This document shows positions 24,820 through 32,000 of a stretch of 32,000 nt of DNA, piece after piece. The notes beneath the pieces are model-generated. The model had not been told where the DNA came from, ran no database searches, and saw only the letters and a list, made by a program, of their open reading frames with translations. The position numbers and the translations under genes were made by a program. Each line of letters begins with the position of its first letter. The stretch's first letter is position 1. The DNA comes from Acaryochloris marina MBIC11017 (GTDB taxonomy: Bacteria; Cyanobacteriota; Cyanobacteriia; Thermosynechococcales; Thermosynechococcaceae), in NCBI RefSeq assembly GCF_000018105.1, contig NC_009925.1, forward strand, positions 1,560,001 through 1,592,000, given 5' to 3'.

Positions 24820-26029
24820 GTGTTCAGTCAAGAAAAGACTGACAGGTATATTTTCTAGAATGAAATGGACGCATTCTAGGAGAACGTCATGGGTAAACGG
24901 TACATCGTCACTCTGAGTGAGCCAGAGCAACAGTATCTCAAGAATTTCACGTTCACGGGAAAACGAGGTGCTCGGCAAATCAATCATGCCCGCATTCTTC
25001 TGAAAGCGGATACTAACCAAACTCATGGTGGTTGCTGTGATCGAGAAATTCATGAAGCGATAGGTGTCAGCATACGCACAATTGAGCGGGTGCGTATGCG
25101 ATTTGTGGAAGAAGGCCTTGAAGCTGCTATCAATCAACGTTCTGGGGCAGGTCGAAAGCGAAAAATACAAGGAGAACAAGAAGCTCATCTGATTGCCTTA
25201 CGCTGCAGTGAACCCCCCGTTGGTCATGCTCGCTGGACATTACGCTTACTCGCAGACCAGATGGTGGAATTAGGCTACATCGACCACCTCAGTCATGAGA
25301 GTGTCCGACAAACTCTAAAAAAAACGAGTTGCAGCCTTGGCGAAAGACCTGTTGGGTCATCCCCCCACAGCAGAATGCAGAATTTGTCTGGCGAATGGAG
25401 GAGCTCTTAACGGTTTATGAGCGTCCTTATGACTTGAGGAATCCTTTGATTTGTCTGGATGAAGCCACCAAGCAATTGGTTGAGGAAATCACTCTACCCA
25501 TCGCGGCTCAACGTGGTCAACCCGAACGTGTTGACTATGAGTATGAACGTAAGGGCACAGCCAATCTCTTTATGTTGTGTGAGCCAATAGTAGGCACGCG
25601 ATATGTGAAAGTAACTCAACGACGAACTGCCATTGACTATGCTCATCTACTCAAAGAATTAGTGGATGTGTTTTACCCTGAGGCCCACACCCTCACGCTG
25701 GTTCAAGACAATCTCAATATTCACTCCCCCTCCTCACTCTACAAAGCTTTTGAACCTGAAGAAGCCAGGAGACTTTTATCTCGGTTCGAATTTTTCTACA
25801 CCCCCAAGCATGGAAGCTGGCTCAATATGGCTGAGATTGAATTAAGTATCCTGTCTCGTCAATGTTTAGATCAACGCATTGCTGATTTTCCAACCTTACA
25901 AAAGCATGTGAGGGCTTGGAATGAGCACCGAAACCAAAAGGGAACATGGATTGACTGGCGGTTCACGACGCAAGATGCCAGGGTCAAATTACACAGACTT
26001 TACCCATCAATAAATCTTTGACGGAATAC
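24820..26029 (+). mobile_element. IS630-family insertion sequence (about 1210 bp) in an intergenic site
   Basis: The inverted repeats are imperfect: GTGTTCAGTCAAGA (24820-) and the reverse complement of TCTTTGACGGAATAC (-26029), with 10 of the first 12 positions matching. TA lies on both sides (24818-24819 and 26030-26031). Confidence 0.8.
24889..26021 (+). CDS. IS630-family transposase, OrfA/OrfB joined by a -1 frameshift at an A8 run (25317-25324)
   Basis: OrfA reads ...HESVRQTLKK. A -1 shift then gives NELQPWRKTCWVIPP...LDEATKQ...LVQDNLNIHS...HGSWLNMAEIELS, a DD(35)E-type layout. Confidence 0.85.
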
Positions 26030-26150
26030 TAGACCTACAAATGAATGCTCGACGAACAGACTACATTTTTATTAGGTCTTGACTCATTCCAGTAAGGCCA
26101 TTCGTTAAATTCAAACTGCCATTCAATATAATATTGAGACGTCTATCCTC

Positions 26151-26783
26151 ATGGAATCATTACTCACTTCACTGGACAAAATCATTGATATTTGGCAACA
26201 AGATAGAGAAGATTTGATAGAGCTTATACAAGCAGGTCTTAGTGTTCAAGATATTCAAGGATATATAGCTAATCTGCCGTTCCAATTACCTCAAGAAGTT
26301 TATCAACTCTATCATTGGCGAAATGGTATTCAGATTCCAGAATTCCACGATATTTCACTTGATTTTATCCCCGGCTTTTGGTTTTTACCATTGGCAGAGA
26401 CACTCAAGGGATATGAGCATGTAAGGGAATTCAAAAACAACTGCACTTTTTTACAAGACGAAGCCTACCATCGGCCATGGTTTCCTATCTTGAGCAGTGA
26501 TTTGGGATACTTTCTAGTTCTTGGTGACAAAAATATGTGTATCTCCTCTCCTGTATTCTTTTTAAGCTGGAATAGCGGAGATTTAATCTTTGAAGCGAGA
26601 TATCCTAGCTTAACTAGGATGATGACTGTAATTGCTGAGTGCTATGAATCCGGTGCTTACTACTTTGAGACAAAGGTGATGGATCAATTTGGCACTATTG
26701 TTGAATTTTTAGAAGAGGATCCACAAGAAGTTTCTAGAATTAGGGTCGTGCATCAAAGAAGTGTGGGTTTGTTAAACCGATAG
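26151..26783 (+). CDS. SMI1/KNR4 (SUKH-1) family protein; the last 12 codons and the stop lie inside the IS1 left end
   Basis: LPFQLPQEVYQLYHWRNG and WFPILSSDLGYFLVLG are typical SUKH-1 motifs. The IS1 inverted repeat begins at 26748, inside the ORF. Confidence 0.75.
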   Translation: MESLLTSLDKIIDIWQQDREDLIELIQAGLSVQDIQGYIANLPFQLPQEVYQLYHWRNGIQIPEFHDISLDFIPGFWFLPLAETLKGYEHVREFKNNCTFLQDEAYHRPWFPILSSDLGYFLVLGDKNMCISSPVFFLSWNSGDLIFEARYPSLTRMMTVIAECYESGAYYFETKVMDQFGTIVEFLEEDPQEVSRIRVVHQRSVGLLNR

Positions 26784-27642
26784 GGAGTCGAGTTGTTTTA
26801 TTTCCTCATGCAATGTCCTCTATGTGGTCATCCTAAAACCCACAAACATGGCAAGACCAGCAAAGGCAGTCAACGTTACCGTTGCCCCCACTGTCAACAG
26901 ACCTTTAGTGAGACCTTTGACACCCTGTGTTATCGCCGTCAGATCTCTCCTGAAACGATCCAGACCATCCTTCAAGCTCATGTTGAAGGGAGTAGTCTAC
27001 GAGGACTCTCTCGCATCACGGGTGTAGCGTATAACACTTGTGTGAGTGTGGTTCGTTCAGCGAGTCATAAATCCCAAATGATTCACAATGGGGAAGTTCA
27101 GGCCGTTGCGACCGACGTCATTAATGCAGATGAGTTGTGGTCCTTTGTCAAAAAAAGCAAAAGCACTGTGAGCCGAAGGAGTTGAGGGTAGGCGACTGCT
27201 GGATAGCATTGAGTCTTGCGAAAGAGAGTGGTCTCGTGCTCAGTGGCCGTATTGGCAAACATACCGACGAGCTAGCTCAAGAATTGATTGAAAATACTGA
27301 GGGCAAAACCGCCTGTCATCATTGGCAAACGGATGGTTGGGAAGGGTACGCACGACAATTACCCGATGAGGTCGTCCATGAAGTGAGTAAAGCCCTGACC
27401 CAACGCTTAGAGCGGACCAATGGCATCGTGCGTCAGCAGACCGGGCGTTGGCATCGACGACAGAATAAATTTGGCAAAGTCTGGCAACAGAGTGCGATGA
27501 CTTTAAGATTGGTGCTGAGCTATTTCAACTGGATTTGGTGCCACTCTCGATTCAAGAACACGGCTGCCCAACGAGCTGGATTGACGGAGCGTCCTTGGAG
27601 ATGGCAAGACTTAGCTTCCTATCCCACACTTTGTTGATGCAC
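26748..27642 (+). mobile_element. IS1-family insertion sequence (895 bp)
   Basis: Terminal inverted repeats are GTGCATCAAAGAAGTGTGGG (26748-26767) and the reverse complement of CCCACACTTTGTTGATGCAC (27623-27642), matching at 18 of 20 positions. I see no flanking direct duplication. Confidence 0.85.
26808..27637 (+). CDS. IS1-family transposase InsA/InsAB' (-1 frameshift at A AAA AAG, 27150-27157)
   Basis: InsA has the zinc finger MQCPLCGHPKTHKHGK...YRCPHCQQTF and an HTH. After DELWSFVKK, a -1 shift gives KQKHCEPKEL.VGDCWIALSL...WQTDGWEGY... (InsB part). Confidence 0.85.
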
Positions 27643-27739
27643 AATCGACGCGACTTGATGCTTCACAAAATTGATTAATAGTTTGTGCTTAGCAGTAGAT
27701 GTTAATTTTGCTCATTTATGTGGGTTCGCCTTCTCCTCA

Positions 27740-28624
27740 CTAGCGCTCCCAAGGCGGCACTGGCTGGAACCGTTCCAGTAAAAAATCAATCATGGCATAA
27801 ACTTTCGGAGCAATAATCCGGCGACTGGGGTACAGCAACCAGATAGAAACATCTACCATCAGTAGGAAGTCTGGCAATACCTCAACCAACAGCCCAGACT
27901 TCAAACTTTCACTGGCATTCCAGACAGACTTGATGCCAATTCCCAATCCCTGCTCCAGCATTTTACGCAGAGCTTCCCCATCGTTGACCATAAACGAGTG
28001 GGGAACGCTTATAGCCTGTCCGTTTTTAAACTTCCATTTCGTTACTTCAGCCAGACTGACACATTGATGGTTCACCAGATCATCAGGCGTTGCAGGCGTA
28101 CCATGCTGCTCAAGATAGGTGGGAGAAGCAACCAGAATCCGCCGATCAGCGGCTAGCTTTCGCAACATCAGACTGCTATCGGCCAAGGGGGCATTGCGGA
28201 TAATTAGGTCATAGGCCCCTTCCACCACATCCAAGACTTCATCCGATAGGCGTAAGTCCAAGCTGACCCGAGGATGGCGGGCGTGAAATTCAGCCAAGGC
28301 AGGAATGATATACATCCGGCCAAAAGAGCCAGGCATGGTAATTCGCAGAACCCCTTCCGCCTCGGCCCCCTGGCCCTTGACGGCACTCAACCCCGTCTCT
28401 AGGGTTTCAATCATCTGCTGGGCATAGGGCAAAAATGCCTCACCATCCGTGGTCAAAGAAACAGCTCGGGTCGTGCGATTGAATAGACGAAAACCCAACG
28501 TTTCTTCGAGCTTCACCAGGCGGGCACTGGCACTGGCAGGAGATAGGGAAAGATCCTGCGCCGCCGCCGAGACCCCGCTGCGGGCAGCAATCCTGAGAAA
28601 TAAACGGAGAGATAATATATCCAT
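27740..28624 (-). CDS. LysR family transcriptional regulator
   Basis: The N-terminal HTH reads LSLRLFLRIAARSGVSAAAQDLSLSPASASARLVKLEETLGFRLFNRTTR. The C-terminal part is a substrate-binding domain. It is divergent from the 28732 operon. Confidence 0.92.
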   Translation of the reverse strand: MDILSLRLFLRIAARSGVSAAAQDLSLSPASASARLVKLEETLGFRLFNRTTRAVSLTTDGEAFLPYAQQMIETLETGLSAVKGQGAEAEGVLRITMPGSFGRMYIIPALAEFHARHPRVSLDLRLSDEVLDVVEGAYDLIIRNAPLADSSLMLRKLAADRRILVASPTYLEQHGTPATPDDLVNHQCVSLAEVTKWKFKNGQAISVPHSFMVNDGEALRKMLEQGLGIGIKSVWNASESLKSGLLVEVLPDFLLMVDVSIWLLYPSRRIIAPKVYAMIDFLLERFQPVPPWER

Positions 28625-28686
28625 TTATCAAAAATATCCGAATTATTATTTCGCTAAAAGCCTGTTTATCTTTCTAATTTAAATAA

Positions 28687-28701
28687 TTATCATGCGGATA
28701 A
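28687..28701. promoter_or_regulatory. Candidate LysR box (dyad TTATC-N5-GATAA, containing T-N11-A)
   Basis: ttatcatgcggataa lies in the 107-bp divergent intergenic region, 31 nt upstream of ATG 28732. Confidence 0.4.
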
Positions 28702-28731
28702 CGGTCTAATGATTCGATAGGAGGCGAAATA

Positions 28732-29742
28732 ATGAAAGCCATTGGGTACAAGGATGCGGGGTCAGCAGCAGATGCCCTGATCGAATTTGAAACAGCAACG
28801 CCCCAACCAGGTCCAAAAGACTTACTCGTGGAGGTCCGGGGTGTTTCAGTAAATCCAGTGGATGTCAAACTGAGGGCCAGTGCTCAACCCGATGGTGAAC
28901 CTCGCATTTTGGGGTTTGATGCTGCTGGGGTCGTACAGGAAGTAGGTTCAGCCGTGACTCGGTTTCGTCCTGGTGACGAAGTGTTCTATGCCGGCGACAT
29001 TACTCGCCCCGGAACCAATGCTCCGTTTCAGGTCGTCGATGAACGAATTGTGGGTCGCAAACCCTCCTCCCTGGGGTTTACAGAAGCTGCTGGCATCCCC
29101 CTGACCAGTATTACAGCCTGGGAAATGCTATTTGATAGCTTTGGGCTTAAAGAAGGGGAAGGCAGCGGGGAAGCGCTCCTCGTAATCGGCGGTGCAGGGG
29201 GAGTGGGTTCGATTCTGATTCAGCTTGCCAAGAAACTCACAGGGCTGACTGTAGTTGCCACGGCATCTCGCGAGGATACCCATGCTTGGGTCAAGAAAAT
29301 GGGAGCCGATTATGTGGTTAATCACCGTAACCCCCTAGACGAAGAACTGAAGTTCTTGGGCATTACCCCCCGATATGTAGCAGCCCTAACCCACACGGAC
29401 AAGCATTTTGCTGCCATCCGAGAGTTGATTAAGCCCCGGGGACATATGGCGCTGATTGATGATCCAGGCGCTCTGGATGTGGCTTCCCTGAAAACCAAGG
29501 CGATTTCTTTGAGCTGGGAATTTATGTTTACCCGATCGATGTTTCAAACCGAGGATATTGACGTCCAGCATCAGTTGCTGAATCGAGTTTCAGAGCTACT
29601 CGACAATGGCACGCTGATCTCGACGGTCAATCATCATGGTGGCAGTCTCAATATTGAAAATCTGCGTGCTGCTCATGAATTCCAAGAAAGCGGCAAGGCC
29701 ATTGGCAAGACCGTGTTGGATGGGCTTGCGGCAGCTGGTTAA
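28732..29742 (+). CDS. Zinc-type alcohol dehydrogenase / quinone oxidoreductase family protein (MDR superfamily)
   Basis: [19 protein letters not shown] and the Rossmann motif [18 protein letters not shown] are present. An AGGAGG Shine-Dalgarno lies upstream. Confidence 0.9.
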   Translation: MKAIGYKDAGSAADALIEFETATPQPGPKDLLVEVRGVSVNPVDVKLRASAQPDGEPRILGFDAAGVVQEVGSAVTRFRPGDEVFYAGDITRPGTNAPFQVVDERIVGRKPSSLGFTEAAGIPLTSITAWEMLFDSFGLKEGEGSGEALLVIGGAGGVGSILIQLAKKLTGLTVVATASREDTHAWVKKMGADYVVNHRNPLDEELKFLGITPRYVAALTHTDKHFAAIRELIKPRGHMALIDDPGALDVASLKTKAISLSWEFMFTRSMFQTEDIDVQHQLLNRVSELLDNGTLISTVNHHGGSLNIENLRAAHEFQESGKAIGKTVLDGLAAAG

Positions 29743-29857
29743 ACCTTATTCCGTTTGCTAAGGAGGGATATCTAGTCCACTGGGGTTGATCGTGACCTCC
29801 TGTCAGCCTTGATTTCGTATAGGGATTGTATTGTTTCACACGCTTGGAGAAATCAAA

Positions 29858-30730
29858 ATGCTCAACATCAGGAACATCAAAACAGTTCTCATCCTGGCGC
29901 TGGCCTTCTTCATTACCGTCCTGGGTAACACGATGGTTTCATCCCAAAGTCTTGCTCCGAAACCGAAAGCTACCGCTGAGATCCTCCTAATGTCTGATGT
30001 TCAGTGGGGACCACTCAACCCCGCCCGTGGCGACAAAAGCCCAAAGGCGGGTCAGCTTTGGGGCGATCGTACTGGCTCAGGACCGTCCGGATTTCTCGTG
30101 GAGTTTGTGGACGGCTTCTCGTCGCCCCCTCATATCCACAATGTCACCTATAAGGGCATGGTCATTCAGGGCCTCCTTCATAATGATGATCCGGATGCGA
30201 ATAAAATGTGGTTGCCAGCAGGGTCTTTCTGGACCCAACCCGCCGGAGAAGTCCACGTTACCGCTGCCGACGATAGTAATAACCTGGCGTATATAGAGAT
30301 TGAGGAAGGCCCCTATCTGGTCCGCCCACCGGAAGCGGCGTTTGACAATGGTGAACGGCCAGTTAACGTCGACAAATCGAATCTAGTCTGGCTAAACGCA
30401 TCGAATATCACCTGGGTCGATCAGCCTGAAATGCTGGCCGGAGCCAAGATGGCCTTTCTCTGGGGTAACCCCCAGGATGGCCAGTTAAACGGCACCTTAA
30501 TTAAACTGCCCACTGGATTTACGGGAGAAATACAAAGCCAATCCTCGACCTTCCGTGCAGTTGTGATTCAGGGGCAACCCAGCCTCCATTCGGGTCAGAC
30601 CAGCGCCCTAGAGCCAGGCAGCTATTTTGGCTCGCAAGGAGAGACGGTGCATAAAGTCTCCTGCGAAGCCAAAGAGGAGTGCGTTATCTACGTGCGCGCT
30701 CAGGGCAAATATAACGTCGTTTCGTCGTAG
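29858..30730 (+). CDS. Secreted cupin-like protein (DUF4437-like); the start is moved to ATG 29858
   Basis: The signal peptide is [33 protein letters not shown], and GGAGA lies 7 nt upstream. Two cupin-like halves are visible (GF.SPPHIH...V.QG; F.G...[12 protein letters not shown]). Confidence 0.6.
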   Translation: MLNIRNIKTVLILALAFFITVLGNTMVSSQSLAPKPKATAEILLMSDVQWGPLNPARGDKSPKAGQLWGDRTGSGPSGFLVEFVDGFSSPPHIHNVTYKGMVIQGLLHNDDPDANKMWLPAGSFWTQPAGEVHVTAADDSNNLAYIEIEEGPYLVRPPEAAFDNGERPVNVDKSNLVWLNASNITWVDQPEMLAGAKMAFLWGNPQDGQLNGTLIKLPTGFTGEIQSQSSTFRAVVIQGQPSLHSGQTSALEPGSYFGSQGETVHKVSCEAKEECVIYVRAQGKYNVVSS

Positions 30731-30935
30731 TCCAAGCAGTAATCGTACCAGTTTTACCCAGACAACCATCAGTCATATTCCTATCGATTCACGACAAGCC
30801 TGAAGCCGTGGAGCGGTTACCCATGCCTCCACGAAGGTTTTGGGGCCGATGGCCGGAAGGAATCGCAGGTGCGATCGCAAATCTTACACACCCAAACAAA
30901 CCATCCCAATTCATCACTCAATAAGGAAATAGCAA

Positions 30936-31772
30936 ATGAGCTACACCACGTTCAACGTTGAAATCAAAAACGCCATCGCTTGGGTCACCTTCGACTACCC
31001 ACCTGTTAATATTCAGGGCCTGCCAATGCTGGCCGACCTCAATATGCTGGCCCAAAGGCTGGAAACGGATCGCACCATCAAAGTTGTCGTATTTCAATCC
31101 GCCCATCCCGAGATTTTCGTGGCCCATGCCGACACGAATTTCCTCAAAGACATGTCTGCGATCGCAGTCTCTCGCGACGAAGTCAAACTCCTGGATTTGC
31201 AGGTGGTGCTAGAGCGGATTAGCAAGCTGCCCCAGGCCACCATCGCCAAGATCGAAGGCTTTGCCCGCGGCGGTGGTCATGAATTTGCCCTAGCCTGCGA
31301 TATGCGATTTGCCGCCCGAGGGAAAGCCAAATTCATGCAGATGGAAGTTGCCATGGGCATTCTTCCGTGTGGCGGAGGCGCATCGCGGATGGCCCGTCAG
31401 ATCGGGTTAGGGCGAGCTCTGGAAATTATTTTAGGTGCAAAAGACTTTGATGCCGACCAGGCCGAAGCCTATGGCACCATCAACAAAGCCTTCGATCCAG
31501 AAGAGATTGGCCCATTTGTGGAAGCCTTGGCGAACCGGATCGCCCTTTGGCCCGCTGAATCGATCAACGCCTGCAAACAAAGCGTCTACGCCTCCATCGA
31601 CAAACCCATTGATGAAGCCCTGCAGGAAGAAGCCTATTGGCTGTATCAGGCCACGAGCCAGACCCCGGCCTTAAAGCGCTTTACCTGGGCAGATGAGAAC
31701 GGGGCCCAGTTCGATATGAACAACCAACACAATTGGCAAGAAATGGTCATTAGTGTGCAGGAGATCCAATAA
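30936..31772 (+). CDS. Enoyl-CoA hydratase/isomerase (crotonase) family protein
   Basis: The crotonase fold signature is ATIAKIEGFARGGGHEFALACDMRFAA...MQMEVAMGILPCGGGASRMAR. Confidence 0.9.
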   Translation: MSYTTFNVEIKNAIAWVTFDYPPVNIQGLPMLADLNMLAQRLETDRTIKVVVFQSAHPEIFVAHADTNFLKDMSAIAVSRDEVKLLDLQVVLERISKLPQATIAKIEGFARGGGHEFALACDMRFAARGKAKFMQMEVAMGILPCGGGASRMARQIGLGRALEIILGAKDFDADQAEAYGTINKAFDPEEIGPFVEALANRIALWPAESINACKQSVYASIDKPIDEALQEEAYWLYQATSQTPALKRFTWADENGAQFDMNNQHNWQEMVISVQEIQ

Positions 31773-32000
31773 TGAACACAGAATGCAAGACCCTCAAGCC
31801 TGTGGAAGATACCGGGTTTCAACCCATTAATCGGGCCTACAACACCGTATTCCGTCCCAATCGATTAAGCCTCGGCCTCGTGGTGCCGATCGAGACCTAT
31901 GCAAAGGGACCCGTGCCCACCCTGGAACGTCATCTTGAACGGGTTCAGCTAGCCGAAGCCCTCGGGTTTGCAGCGGTGTGGTTACGGGATGTGCCCTTCA
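31772..32000 (+). CDS. LLM-class flavin-dependent oxidoreductase (luciferase-like), N-terminal part; runs off the window
   Basis: The ATG overlaps the preceding stop (TAATG). RLSLGLVVPIE...LERHLERVQLAEALGFAAVWLRDVPF is typical of LLM N-termini. Confidence 0.7.
   Translation, partial: MNTECKTLKPVEDTGFQPINRAYNTVFRPNRLSLGLVVPIETYAKGPVPTLERHLERVQLAEALGFAAVWLRDVPF

Noticed and set aside
24817-25188. 123-aa antisense ORF inside the second IS630 element, together with ORFs 5047-5265, 5846-6142, 8383-8682 and 28204-28631
   Set aside because: They are shadow ORFs overlapping confidently assigned genes or promoters on the other strand or frame, and none has a recognisable motif.
25785-25800. GGTTCGAAT (and GGTTCGATT near 29205), resembling tRNA T-loops
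   Set aside because: Both lie inside well-supported CDSs, and no acceptor or anticodon stems can be drawn around them.

Overview
This window looks like a cyanobacterial chromosome. By eye I count 7 HIP1 octamers (GCGATCGC). It also carries two HLIP genes, HLR1/RpaB-type direct-repeat boxes, a PGR5 homologue, FtsH and a DevCA-type exporter. It is a mosaic of housekeeping or stress genes and decayed accessory DNA.

Left to right:
- Two paralogous zinc-ribbon/Ser-Thr-kinase/TPR genes (1-1158 partial, 5948-7912) bracket a GT2 glycosyltransferase with no canonical start codon and an AT-rich four-gene island (ankyrin protein, unknown protein, GNAT, GXWXG-DUF4334).
- An HpnA-like epimerase.
- Three small orphan ORFs of very different GC content, preceded by a short dispersed repeat.
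- A translationally coupled pair (90-aa protein plus DTGF retropepsin-like aspartic protease) sitting between two direct-repeat 3' fragments of a DevA-type ABC ATPase gene.
- A high-light cluster: 2 hli genes missed by the ORF track, a decayed sigma-70 pseudogene, pgr5 and ftsH, with four HLR1-like boxes.
- An intact DevC-DevA pair with no DevB gene.
- An ATP-grasp gene split by an ISY100-like IS630 element.
- A redox module: GST and HxlR plus an MdaB-like remnant.
- A lipoprotein gene and a SIMPL-like gene.
- A second IS630 element.
- A SMI1/KNR4 (SUKH-1) gene whose 3' end is overrun by an IS1 element.
- A LysR regulator divergent from an oxidoreductase/cupin/crotonase/LLM operon.

I found no tRNA, rRNA or CRISPR array. 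My best candidate for an undescribed system is the small-protein/retropepsin bicistron at 11495-12135. The AT-rich island and the orphan-ORF cassette region are secondary candidates. All calls rest on hand translation and remembered family motifs; no searches were run.
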